From the NCBI GenBank assembly GCA_043228905.1, contig JBHGNT010000148.1, positions 1 to 64,000 of the forward strand: a DNA stretch of 64,000 nt. Reading direction: 5' to 3'. Position numbers and translations under genes: made by a program. Every line of letters starts with the position of its first letter. The first letter of the stretch is position 1. The stretch comes from Azolla caroliniana (Eukaryota > Plantae > Polypodiophyta). The notes under the pieces are model-generated. The model did not search any database, was not told the origin of the DNA, and saw only the letters and a program-made list of their open reading frames with translations. Shown here in pieces: positions 1 to 12,391 of this stretch.

Positions 1-204
1 GTGTTATCTCAGAATAATAACGGAAGAAAAGATTTCAAGAGTTCTAATTCAGATGGTATCAAGAAAACTGTGGATGGTCAGAAATGTGCGAGCATGGGTG
101 TGCGTAAGCTTGATAAAACTAGCCGGAAAGCCCAGGTTCTATCAGAAGATGAGTCGCATAAACTTCAGAAAAGAGTGAGCAATATAGGTCGATCTAGAAA
201 GTAA
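1..204 (+). CDS. 3' end of an unidentified, charged, low-complexity ORF running in from outside the window
   Basis: Frame open from base 1 to TAA at 202-204. The last ~39 codons are duplicated in frame at 205-321. No recognisable motif. Confidence 0.4.
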   Translation: MLSQNNNGRKDFKSSNSDGIKKTVDGQKCASMGVRKLDKTSRKAQVLSEDESHKLQKRVSNIGRSRK

Positions 205-503
205 TCACTCTTCAGGGAGAGTAAGCTCGGTAAAATTAACCAAAAAGCACTGGTTACATCAGAAGATGAATCTCATAAACTTCAAAGAAGAGTGAGAAAC
301 AACAATGTATCTAGAAAGTAGTCAGAAACCACGTCATACACTAACTTTGTGCACATACTAATCTTTTTCTTTTTTTTACAGAGCGGCTGTTATTATAATC
401 CTCTTTTTGTTGATATATACGCATCATCTATTAATTTAGACGATAAAGAGATGATGCAGATGGTAAATTTTGAGTAAATGATGAATGGTCATGAGCACGA
501 AAC

Positions 504-692
504 TCTGTTATAGATCATCGTCCAAACCTAACTCTATCATTCTACTGCTTTTATAACTTGATGGACATGATGCAAGCAGAGATGCAATTGATGTAGAAAC
601 ACTGTTATAGATCATTGTCCAAATCTTACTCTATCATTCCACTGCTTTTATAACTTGATGAACGTGATGCAAGCAGAGATGCAAATGGTGTA
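504..692. repeat. Tandem duplication, 2 x ~97 bp
   Basis: ctgttatagatcatcgtccaaacc...gcaagcagagatgcaattgatgt is repeated as ctgttatagatcattgtccaaatc...gcaagcagagatgcaaatggtgt. Confidence 0.85.
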
Positions 693-1556
693 AGGTAAAA
701 TATTTCATACATGATGCATCCATGCATTAGCACTACTGGGTTATTTACATATAACAAGGTAACTGATTTGAATAGAGCATAGAATGTAGCATCAAGGATC
801 TTGATCACTGTTAGCTTTGTAAAACATGACTACCCAAAAATACATCAAATACTTTTGAAAATAAACTCCAAGAATACAAATTGTGTGATCAAGGTGCCAT
901 TGAGAGAACCATGGACAAAAAATATGCACGTCAACAGGATCTGGAATTTTAAATTCAATCATGTTGGTTTTAAAATTAAAAGTGATTGCTAGTAAAATTA
1001 ATGCGATCTCCTTAAGTTCTAACCATCTCACGGCACAGTACAGTGAGAACAAATGTGACACCGACAAAAGAGTGTTAAGCATCGAAAGTTACAACACCTC
1101 CAAAGCTCTCATTTTGGCTCCCATTTATATGGCCCATTTCCTCTTACGTAATACATATATAGACATCTCCAAAATTAGTTCTCATGTATAGCCTTCTTTG
1201 CATTGGTCTTCTACTTCTGCATCATTTCCATGGGTTCTCTGCCATGGCACAAATCCTCCCCAAACAATGCCAGCACAAACCATTATCATGCCTGGATAGA
1301 GTAATTAAATTCGTGTGTGTTATCTATATTACCCATGAGCTCATGTCAATCTTCCAGAAAATTGCATCTATAAACATAATGCATATACATGCCAATGTTT
1401 TGACACTGCATTCAGAAATCCAAATTGAAGTGACATCTACATATTTAAAAATATGATTAAGATCCACTATGTAAACATATATAAACTACACGCACTCATA
1501 TACATGGCAATGTCTCGTAAGGCATATTGAAATATGTATATACCAAAATCTGACAT

Positions 1557-2882
1557 TCACCAGCATGCAACCATTCGGAGGAAAGTCCCGAGCACATCTT
1601 TTTCTCGCTTTCTCAGCTCTGTTTCCTGTTTGATGTGAGATGCAATGTATTGAATACCATTATCATTCACAAGCATCAAATCCGATTCAATGGTATCAGG
1701 TGTGAAACCAAGTTCTCGGGCACCCCAATAATGATTCAATCGGATTTTCACATCATCGGCAACTATAGTGTTCCCATCTTCCATTCTAATAATATGAGGA
1801 TTCTCTTTAATAATCCCTTTACACAAATCTGCTCGATATATCGGCTTTTGCCTACTTTCATACCCTTTCACAAGACCCTCTGTTTCATACTTCCTTCTCT
1901 GATACCTTTCAATAACCCATCCATGGGTAAGGTCACCACTAGGGTTTCCGGCAAAGATCATACATTGTAGAAGTATCTGTGTCACATTGGGATTGTTCCT
2001 CTCATATTCTCTAATGAACCTTTGCAAAAAGCAGCTTTCTTTATCCATGGGAGAGAAAGGATACTCATCCACATCTATCTGAATAGCCCACTTTGTTCTG
2101 CCCTTGAAAGTTGCAAGGAAATGGGTATAAGCATTGTCCTGTTCAAAGTGGAATCCTTTCGTCACAGAATCTGGGAAGATTCTATGGAACCTGAGATAGG
2201 TCAAGATTCCTCCGCTTGTGTAGGAGGCGAGGTAAGGTTCCTGAGATTCTGCATTGTTGTGGGCAGTGTCATACCAGAATATGTGTTCGACCCCGGAATA
2301 GACCATGTATTCTATCCACTGTCGGCATTCATATGGACCAATCCCAAATCTATCTCGCCCAAATACTCTGTTAAAGATGACAGCAACAAGGAAGAATTGA
2401 TTGATTTCATCGATACTTTTGCTGGAGTTACGGTTCCAGTCAGAAATTGGAATATGGCTAGAGTCGTTAGGTTTAGGAACTGAGCTTCCGTTGAAAACAT
2501 GGCCACTTTTGTCAGGGATTGGATTAGAAGTAGATTTACTTCCCTTAACGTTCGCGAGAGCGTTAATTCCGTCAGAATCAGGGTCAGGCTTAGGGTTATG
2601 GCTAGTAACGTTAGAGTTAGGGTTAGGGTTTCGGCAGATGCTATAGAAGTTATCATGGCCAACTGATCGGAGCCATGGAAGCGGTTGAAGAGGGGTAGGG
2701 TGGACGAATGGAGAGGAGAAGAAGCCGGAGAGGAAGAGGTAGAGGAAGCATGTGAGAAACAGAGCAATGGCTAACCACAGACGTAGTGGGAGGAGGAGGA
2801 GGAGATTCAGAGAAGGTGGTCTTCTTCTTCCTCTTCTTGCTGGTGGTGTTCTTCTCCATCTGCTTCTTGGCCATGGCACCAT
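1557..2882 (-). CDS. Glycosyltransferase family 92 (DUF23)-like type II membrane protein, 441 aa, intronless
   Basis: Basic N-terminal tail, one hydrophobic TM segment (LWLAIALFLTCFLYLFLSGFF) and a Pro/Asn/Ser stem. GT92-type motifs follow: QWIEYMVYSGVEHIFWYD, EQDNAYTH, WAIQIDVDEY (DxD) and C-terminal IRLNHYW. Confidence 0.75.
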   Translation of the reverse strand: MVPWPRSRWRRTPPARRGRRRPPSLNLLLLLPLRLWLAIALFLTCFLYLFLSGFFSSPFVHPTPLQPLPWLRSVGHDNFYSICRNPNPNSNVTSHNPKPDPDSDGINALANVKGSKSTSNPIPDKSGHVFNGSSVPKPNDSSHIPISDWNRNSSKSIDEINQFFLVAVIFNRVFGRDRFGIGPYECRQWIEYMVYSGVEHIFWYDTAHNNAESQEPYLASYTSGGILTYLRFHRIFPDSVTKGFHFEQDNAYTHFLATFKGRTKWAIQIDVDEYPFSPMDKESCFLQRFIREYERNNPNVTQILLQCMIFAGNPSGDLTHGWVIERYQRRKYETEGLVKGYESRQKPIYRADLCKGIIKENPHIIRMEDGNTIVADDVKIRLNHYWGARELGFTPDTIESDLMLVNDNGIQYIASHIKQETELRKREKDVLGTFLRMVACW

Positions 2883-2934
2883 ATTCTTATTTCAGAGTTT
2901 ATTCAAGATCCTCCATCTCTACCTTCTTCTACAG

Positions 2935-3050
2935 ACATACATACCATGCAAATACGTACATACATATACATATACATACATACAGACAGACAGACAGACA
3001 GACAGACATACATACATATACATATACATACAGACATACATATACATATT
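2935..3050. repeat. Compound (CATA)n/(CAGA)n microsatellite upstream of the GT92-like start codon
   Basis: Direct reading: catacatata...cagacagacagacagacagacagacata. Confidence 0.85.
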
Positions 3051-3100
3051 TTATGCATTGTGTGTGTATCATTTATACATTTATGTGTGCATTTATTTAT

Positions 3101-3199
3101 ATGCAAACCTCGATCGATCCTTTATATAATGCAGCAAACCTCGATCGATCCTTTAGTTAATGCAGCAAACCTCAATCGATCCTTTAGTTAATGTAGCAA
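3101..3199. repeat. Minisatellite, ~3 x 31 bp (atgcagcaaacctcgatcgatcctttagtta)
   Basis: Three near-identical units plus a partial fourth, 5' of the GT92-like gene. Confidence 0.85.
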
Positions 3200-4269
3200 T
3201 CATAGTCATAACCATACATATACAACATTAGGTGACTTTCACTTGAGTATGTACATATGCCCAGCGTCTCTAGTGGGGCCACACAGACCTAGGGATAGTT
3301 TATGATTGATTTTGTGATTGCAGAATGAAATATCTTAGCATGTTAAATCCATTCACATCCTAAAACGTGCCTAATGGACATTCTGTGCCACTTCACTATC
3401 CTGCTCTGAACATTTTACCTTTCGTAAAGAATGTACCCTCATCGAATCAAATTAGTGGTAACAAGCATCTAGAGTTTTTTGCGCACATTTTCATAAAGAT
3501 TGAAATAAATCTAGAAATGTAGTCTCCTCACGTCAAATTAATGGTAACAAGCTTCTTACGTTCTTACATACCATATAAATGAGATGTCTTTAGTGTTCAC
3601 TACCGTTTTCCCATTATAATGTAGTGTCAGATTTAAAAACTTCCTTGGATGCATTATATATGTATGTATATATGAAATATTTGAATGGTTCATGTGATAC
3701 TTCATTTTCATTGTTTTTAAAGTAAAAAGCAATTGCATATCAATTGGACTTGATAAACTTGATTACATTATTTATTTATCTTCTTCCGATGGTCTACAGG
3801 TAAAGCCTGTACCAATCCATGATACAAGGCTATGAAGAAGAGAATATTCTGTAACATGTATCTTAACGCTTCAAGAGAGTATTCCTTCACAGCCATATCA
3901 AAACCATTACACTGTTCTGTGCATGTTATATTTTGAGACAATACAAAAACAAATCATTATTTTTCAAGAGACAGACTATTCATAACTCAATACCAAAAGA
4001 GTATTCAATTGATTACAGGGTAAAAAATCAATGTTTTAAATTCTCGTTTTAATCGAGCAAGGAATAAATAAGGGGGGTGTCGCATACCGACATTTCAAAT
4101 CAACCGAAATTTGTCTTCCAACACAAATAGTTTTCCGATGATAAGCAAAGCAATTGAAAACTCTTGCACGATAAAACATGACATCTCTATCAACTCACAC
4201 TGAAGAGGAAAACAAAACGCGGAGGATTTTGCTACCTGAAACCACATGTTTTCGCTGATGCGAGGTAAT

Positions 4270-7200
4270 TCATTTCTGACGCTTATAGATTTTTGCCAAA
4301 AATGATTTCAGCACCACCTGTGTTATATCAATCTCTCTCTCTCTCTCTAACAGGTATATATTTTTTAAACAAAAACGGAAGTGGGAGTCTGGGAGTGTGA
4401 CAGATCGCCAGTCTAATGAATATGTGTATTGTATCCACCTAATGTAACCTTGCTCTCTTAGTTCCATAGAGTAATAACATTTACAACAGTACAGGCTAAG
4501 AAAGTTTACTACTCATGACCAGACCTTCCATCCACAGTAAACAGTATTAACACTTGAAAATCAGTACACTTAATGTAAATATGCTTATACATTTCAAGTA
4601 TATTAAAAAAAACTCCTTATTTGCAAAATTAACAGTATATCCTTCAGTCAAATCAACACCCTAAATCAAAGATATTTTAGAATAGACAATAACTTAATTA
4701 GTCTAATGTTCATAAATTAAGAATAATCTAGTAGCGTAATTCCCCTAAGACATGATTACTTTGCATATTAACAAAAGTTTCTTCCCGTTCCCCAAATTAA
4801 TACAAACCCAGTTCCTAATTAAAGGTATAATTAGTGGATTAAGATAATATTACTACTAAATTTACGTTTCTAATTCTCCCAAATGATACATAAAAAAGAT
4901 CTACTATTTCTTTCTAAGCATCTATACAATAAATAGTAGATATAAGATGAAAATCAACAAAAATTTCAAAAATACCTGATGTGCATGCCTAATTTCTAAT
5001 TAGAAGCATGAGTAGCAGATTTAAGCTTCTAATTTTCCCAAATGATGCACAAAAAACATCTACTATTTCTTTCTATGCATATATATATATAATAGACAGT
5101 AGAGATAAGATGAAAATCAACAAAAAATACCTGAAGTGCCTTGTTTTCTTGGCTCTCAATTTCACTGATGAGTTTGGCATACACCTCATTTTCGTATTCT
5201 ATGAAGACAGACTGCAAATTGGAACATCAAGTGATTTATAACAAATTTAGAACACAATTTACACTATTATTTAAGTTATTTCTCAATAAATTGCAAATGT
5301 GGCATTTATTTTTCTGAATTTCATTATTTATTAAGGTTAATTCTCAATATCAAAAAAAGCAATAGGGTTTGTAATTTCACCATTATTTCTAGAAACATCA
5401 CAAAAAATTGATAATGTTTCGAGAACAAACCTGTAAATTGAGCTCACTGTACACTTTCTTCACTTCAGCTACAAATGCATGATCAGCCTTCCCATAACAC
5501 TTCTATTGTAGTAATGACCACATACATTAAGCAATGAATAACACAAAATGCAAGTTATAATTCAGAATTCACAATATGAAGATAAAAGAAGAAAAAATTA
5601 CCAGAAGCCGATGTTTTTGGTCTTCATTCGCTCTTTTCAGGGCTTGTACTATTAACCATGAACATTTGCTATCTTCAATATCAGTCCCAATCTGTGAAAT
5701 CCGGTTGAAAATTATGCAGGATGTGTGGGGAGAAAGGGGGACATTTATGAGAACACCATTCATTGTTTTCACAATACCCCCAAATACCATTTAGTAGTTT
5801 TTATAAGTGCCAAAAAAATCCCTCATCTTCAAACTTCCCAAAATACTCCTCTCTCTACAAAAATTCTCAGCAATACAGTGAATGAGTGAGAGAGAGAGAG
5901 AGAGAGATTGTATATCAGATAGAGGTATTTTGAAATTTTCAAAAGATGAACATTTTGGGAAATTTTGTTGAAATTGATGGGATATTTTGATTAAAAAAAA
6001 ACAATAAAAGGAGAATATTCAAAAACTCCAAATTTCAGCTTACTTTTCCAATAAACTCAGGGTCACCATAGCAATCAAGGTAATCATCCTGCAGATGATC
6101 ACATACTATTGAAGACTTGCATAAATCAAATACCATACTGTGAAGTGTATATATTTCTTACTGAATATCTAATTAAACACTGCGATATATTGGATTGCAG
6201 AATATTATATAATAAAATAATATCAAACGTCATTTTAAGTAGTAGCAATGGATAGTGATTAATCAAATCTCATGAAGCATAAAATATACCTGGACTTGGA
6301 AGTAAGTGCCCATTAGCACTAAGATATCCTTTACAGTTTCATACTTTTCCAAACTTTCACCAGACATCAAAAGAGCACATGCAACCTATTTTTTTTAAAG
6401 TGGTAAGGAAGAAGTCAAAAAGATTTTTCATTTTCAGAACAAAAATAGTTTTTTCACTTATTTGGAATAAATAAAAAAAATTTACTTGTTCGGAACAAAG
6501 AACTTTTTTTTTTCTTCTCTGGAACAAAGAAGATTTCTTTTTTCTTATTCTGAACAAAGGAAATTTCTTTATTTTGTTCAGGACGTCCTAAAATATGAGC
6601 CAACAGGCTGAGAAAAACTAAAAACTTTTATAGCAAGAAAAAATAACTCACCGGAAGATAGAAGGAGTAATATGCTGTCTTGCATTGCACAATTTTCAAA
6701 TATCTGCATATCGAGTCGGCAAAATAGATTCTTAAAACAACAAAATTCTGATATATTGGTACCTAATATGAACCAAATTACTAAAAGTAGCTATGTTCAT
6801 TCATAGGAATAACTGTGCAATTCGTTCTGTTTTACTTAACACAGATATATCTTCAACGGACCAAAACTTTGATCATTCAAGCTTAGAGTGATATTTAGAA
6901 ATTAGAGGAAAATGAGGAAGAAAACTGAAAGACCCAAAAAATGTATATTGAAAAAACTAAAAATATAATGAAAAACGACAAAACTATGATAAACGCCTAA
7001 TTAATGCCATTGCTCAATCCCATCTTAAGCAATTATATGGTCTAATTTGTCATCATTCTCTCACTTTTGAGGGGTTGACCAGAGGAATTTGGAGAAATAA
7101 CTGCCCTTTTTCTCATTATATATGCTATCTGTGAGATTACATTTTTAGTTTATCGTCGTGTGTCTCTCTTTGAAGGCATTGACCAGAGGAATTTGGGGAA

Positions 7201-9329
7201 ACAAGTAGAACGTTGGAGCAACCAGGTGAATAAAACAAAAACTCAAAGAGTATTTCGGAGTTTTCTCCAGGAAATTTTGCTAACGTTAAAAGTGTAATAT
7301 TCAAATTTGATATCCATGTAATGTACATTCTACAAGTTGTAATAATGCAGAGAAAGCCAGGTTACTGTACGTTGGAATCACGTATTTAGACAAGTCCACT
7401 TCTCCAGATGGAGTAGTTATCAAATCAAGCATCTGACCAGCACATGTCTGGAATTCTACCTGAAATTAGAGATGAGCATAGTTAGGACGCCCAAAAAACC
7501 TTCATCCACACAGTTTAAAAAAATCCAGATTTGCTCAGAAATAAATAAATTAAGAAAGACTATAGCAATGTCTCCATTGAGGCCAACGTGTCCTATGAGA
7601 ACCAAGAATATTACAATCAAAATGTTAGGTGATATCTCATCCATGATAAAAAGAAAAGCTCATTGAACAGACATTAAAGGTTTAGGGTTTAGATTTTAGA
7701 CATCTGATAATTGAGATTGAACCCACCTCATTAAAAAGGTCATTTAGTTCGATATAGTAAGCTTTGTTTCGAAAATGGCGCTTCAAAAATCTAAATATAT
7801 GATTCCGAAGCATAATCCCATCATTTATAGCAATAAACCCTACCTGTAGAATACAAAACCTTGTAACTATGAACAGTTTTTTATAATAACTTCCATACTT
7901 TCAAGCTTAATCAATGCGAACTGAAGACTAATGTTAAGACTGGGAAAAACAACACATCTTATATAAACACAAAACATTTAGATGCTTTCTTTTACTTGGA
8001 TATAATGAATCTGATCTTTATCAGTAATCCTTTAAAATTGTCAATTATATATTTTTCCTATGTGTACCCAGGAATACCCTTTATCTAGAAAAGAAAAGAA
8101 ACGAAAACTCACTTTAGGGTCTCTATACCAACATGGTTGGCCACGACGTGTAATGGAGTTGTCCATTATGTCATCCAAGACTAAGAAATAAGCTTGAAGC
8201 TGAGCATAAAAATAAGAACAAGAGGATGGATAAGAACAAATTTGCAGCTCGATATATTCAACTAATTTTGTGCTAGAGACTCACCCATTCTACTGACCAT
8301 CCAAGAACAGAGGCCAAGAATTTTTCCTCTTCAGTTAGTTCTTCATTTTTCAAATGCTTAAGACTATCAACCACCGATAATCCTCGATTTAGCTTTCCTG
8401 TATAATGGTGAGAATATAAAATGACAAGCATATTATATGAAAACAAAGAAAAATGTTAAGTTATTCAACATGACATTCAACGTCAATGATTCAGGAAGAA
8501 AAACCTTAAGGTGTTGAGAAGAGTAATACCTCCTGGTACATTGTAATCAACCATCTGCAAAGAAGAAGGAAACAACGAAAGTTCAGAGATTTTTACAGAT
8601 AATTCTGATTTCATATTTTCATCTGCTATTAACAGATTTGATTCAAAATTTTTTATCTTTCTTCAATGAATCTGATTCATTTGTCATCTTCTATTCTTTT
8701 ATGATCTGCCTACATTTTTCATCATCTTTCTTTTTATGCATGTGATGTTAATATTTCAGTTTTTTTTCTATGAAACTGATTCACTCTTTTCATGGATCTG
8801 ATGTATTTTTCCTATCTTTCTTTTATACGTCAGAGTTCATATTTTCATGAATCTCATTTTTTTATTTCTTCTTTCTTTAATGAGTGTGGTACATTGTTTC
8901 GTCTTTCTTTTGTGGATCTGATGCATCTTCTTCATGTGATACTACCTCTTCAACACAATTCACGGATGCAGTATTTTCTATACAAATCCAGATGCAAAAC
9001 CACTCAGATAAAAAAACAAAATGAAAACACATACAAAGGAAAGGAACTACGAAAAAAATGATAATTTCGAAATCCAAATTTTGAAACAAAATTGCAAGAA
9101 AAAAGGGGGGATCCAAAAAGCGATACAAATTACAGGTGAAAAAAGAGAGGAGAAAATCCCAAAAAATACAACTTAAAGATGCAGGAGAAAAGAAAAAACA
9201 AAGCAAACAAAAGAAACAACACTAACCTTCTCGACCCACTTTCTGGAATCATCTGTGTAGCTGAATGCCTCTGTATCTTCCAAGAGCTCCTGTTTCAGCT
9301 TCTGATAAACCTCTAGGAACTCTGCTCTG

Positions 9330-9334
<5 letters not shown>
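4270..9334 (-). CDS. FPS: Farnesyl diphosphate synthase, cytosolic type, 13 exons, 340 aa
   Basis: Exons (all GT-AG, 1023 nt, in frame): 9334-9227, 8554-8530, 8397-8285, 8199-8113, 7843-7727, 7459-7371, 6703-6652, 6385-6290, 6088-6044, 5691-5602, 5502-5431, 5211-5131, 4317-4270. Motifs: [70 protein letters not shown]-terminal LAKIYKRQK. Confidence 0.96.
5730..6030. mobile_element. Degenerate palindromic MITE-like element in FPS intron 9
   Basis: Loosely inverted arms (cccaaaatactcctctctct vs gataga-ggtattttgaaa) flank a (GA)n core. ttcccaaaatactcctctctcta recurs in reverse complement at ~50043-50065. No TSD found. Confidence 0.4.

Positions 9335-9388
<54 letters not shown>
9335..9388. repeat. 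(CT)n/(AG)n microsatellite directly abutting the FPS ATG; a second run at ~9424-9445
   Basis: Direct reading. Confidence 0.9.
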
Positions 9389-9391
<3 letters not shown>

Positions 9392-11389
9392 ATTAGTTCC
9401 AGTGTGCCTCTGTTCTTTTACTGATCTCTCTCTCTCTCTCTCTCTAGATGTATCTACATCCTCTGTTTTCTCTATATATATGTGACATGTCTATATGTAT
9501 GTATGTACATACTCTGTATACATACATATACATACCAAGAAAATGTCTATATATAAGTAAGCCATCCAATGTCCATTGGTAATGTTAATAAATTTCTCAC
9601 ATGCATGACTTCTTGATTTACCAATACCATTGATTATTTAATCATCATTTTCAATTATCATTACTCTCTACCATATTGTTGTGATGTGGTCGTGTCTGTG
9701 TGTTTGTGTCTCTGAAGCAAGAAACCTGCGACAAAGGCTAATGGCTTGGGATTCTCATAAAAGCAATTATCAAAAGAGGCCTAGTAAATAGGTAGCCATT
9801 GCCAACTAAAAGGTAACGGATTTAAAACTCAATCCATACATGACGACAAGGAAGCATGTGCTAAATGTAAATGATCGACCCATACTTTGCCAATGACTAG
9901 CACCCCTGCCAGGATAAGAATAGTTGCATGGTAGCAGAAAAAAGTAGAGGAGAGTTTTTTGTTTTTATCTGACAAGTGAGTTGTTGATGCTATCAAAACG
10001 AGGTAGAGAGCTCGTTGCCAATTCGAGATGATTTTGGGATTCGAACAGAAGCTTCGATGACGAATTCGATCAAACTTATATTGACTAAAGTTTAATTAAT
10101 CCAAAATCTATTATGAAACCTTCAGAGTCATCCTCTTAGATGCCCCGAGTAAGATGCTTGTCAACCCACCAACTCGAGACCACATTACTTTAAAGGCTGT
10201 CCTCAAGTGAACACACTCATTTTCTTGTGGAACCTACAAGATGTTTCTCTCATGAAGGCTTGAGGGAGCCTTTTTTACACCGAACCTACATGATTCCTAA
10301 ACCTAGGTTTGGTGCGAGCCTAGCGTTCACACCACCTACCCTTATTTACTCTTTACACATAATAAAATCATAAAAACCAAATTACATAAGTTGCCACTAC
10401 ACGCAGTTACTCCAAAGTTCACATTGCTTTCACTACTTGCCCCTTTATCTAATTCATAAAGTTCCCCATTTTGTTCTTAGAGACTTGCAAACATACTCAT
10501 ACACATTCGTACTTATTACACACGCTTATACATACAAATCCACATTTATACACATCCACACACACCTTGACACATACACATACACATACACATGTGCATG
10601 TACACTCCTAGGCAAGCAAAAATACCCACCTTACCACATTGTTCCAATTTTATGTTAATTCACATATACCTATACATGTAAAACACTTAAACATAACATC
10701 GACATATTTATAGACAACCCACACACATATATAAATATTCAAAATATCAAACAATAGTGCATATGTTTGTTTTTATAGGTAAGAAAATGCTAACGATGAG
10801 ACTGAAGGTCATTGCATCTCAATTAATATAGTCAATGACAAGCTGACATTTTTCACCTTTTTGTTGTAGTGCATAATGTTTTTATTTATTTATTGTTGAG
10901 AATAAGTTGATTAGAAGGGATCCAAAGCCATTGTAAGATTTATATTAACTCTCTTGCACCTCAATTAATGTAGTCAATCGTGAGCTAATGTCTTTTGTTT
11001 TGTACATTTCCGCGATTCAACATCAAATTATTCCCATTTATGATTTGGGTGGTGGTTTTTTATATCATCAATTATTTTAAATTCTTGCCAAATCAACTTA
11101 TTCATATTTGTATAGCATTGTTTCATTGATTAGATAGTTAATAGTTATCTCGCATTTTCTCAATTTTACCCTTACAGGAATATGGTGTTATTGTCTTCAA
11201 TTGTAGCAACTTAGGTGTACCATGATTAAACATGTCTACTTATAAGTTGGCACAATTATTCATTATTTTCTATAATATAATTGTGCAGTGTACGTTGTTT
11301 TTAGAAAATTCATCACGTCCAATTTGTATCAAACATTTATAATACCAAGACACTTGAAAGCTTAAAGATGGCATAATATTTATCCGGGA

Positions 11390-12391
11390 CTGTGATTCTT
11401 TGGATACAAAAAACCGCGTATATGTACTCATGAAAACACATGGCTACATAAGGTTAGTTGGGACCCTTTGCAATGGACATGGCGTGATCCCTATGTGGGG
11501 CAAGGAAGCAAACCCATCCCTTTCTTCCAATTCACAACTAGATTGGGTCACCACATTCTAGCCACTCAAACCGCCTGAGAATCGGCTGTTGGGAAGGTCT
11601 GGCACACATTTCAAGTTCCTTCCACAATAATCACCAAGTTTTGGCAAAAAATCTAGAAACAACAACACGCGAGGCGAATTACCACGTTCCAATGGCTATT
11701 AATACATAAGTCCCTACCGATGGGAGCACAGCAACGTGGGAACCTTAGGTCTCCTAATTGTGTAGAGTGCCCACATGTAGTAGAATCAATACGACACACT
11801 CTGTGGGACTGCCCAACGTCCCATCGAATATGGCGGGGGGTTGGCCGCTTGTTGCAATTATGTCAGGTGCAAGGCTCAATCAAGTGGGGAAATATATGTT
11901 GGCTATGATGGCAGGCCACAATTGGTAGATACGAGCATCAGGAGGAGGGGATGACTTTGGTGATAAAAGCACAAGAGGTCCTTTTCTCCTCTAACGGCAA
12001 TGTCCACACCACTCCTCTTAATGACAAATCTCAAGAGGTGTTGGAATTGGTCAACTCAATAACCCTTTGGATTCTATGGAAACAACGATATAGGCGAGTC
12101 TTCTCCAACCAAACCGCATATCCAACAATGTTACTGCAAGAGATATGGAGTGAAATTGTAGCCACTTTGAAGAGCCAATATGATGGCCTTAAGGGCGGCT
12201 CCGAGGGAGTTGAAAGACAACGAATAGCCTTCATCCAACAATGGTCGTCCTCTCCCTTTCTTGAGTTAGTGGGCATCCACATAAGATGGAACTATCGTGT
12301 CCCTTCAGGGATTTGTACATAATCGTCTCATTTGTAAAATTTTATAACTAATGGAAGGAGTTTTTTTTTTGGAAAAAAAAAAAAACAAAAA
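11390..12391 (+). mobile_element. 5'-truncated, degenerate non-LTR retrotransposon (L1/Tx1-like) ORF2 C-terminus with A-tail
   Basis: zf-RVT motif CVECPHVVESIRHTLWDCP, LWILWKQRYRRVF, in-frame stops, and a terminal T10-GG-A13 tail. The 5' boundary is approximate. Confidence 0.85.

Noticed and set aside
1174-1367. Possible extra minus-strand exons (AIFWKIDMSSW; MIMVCAGIVWGGFVPWQR...) downstream of the GT92-like gene
   Set aside because: The implied intron is only ~40 nt and the phases do not match. At most 3' UTR splicing; no supportable CDS.
2580-2633. TTAGGG-like telomeric hexamers
   Set aside because: Only 2-3 units, explained as the antisense of Asn-Pro codons in the GT stem region.
2752-3191. 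Several 67-125 aa ORFs near the GT92-like start, and similar ORFs antisense to the real genes and TEs
   Set aside because: Products of microsatellites or shadow frames, with no motifs.
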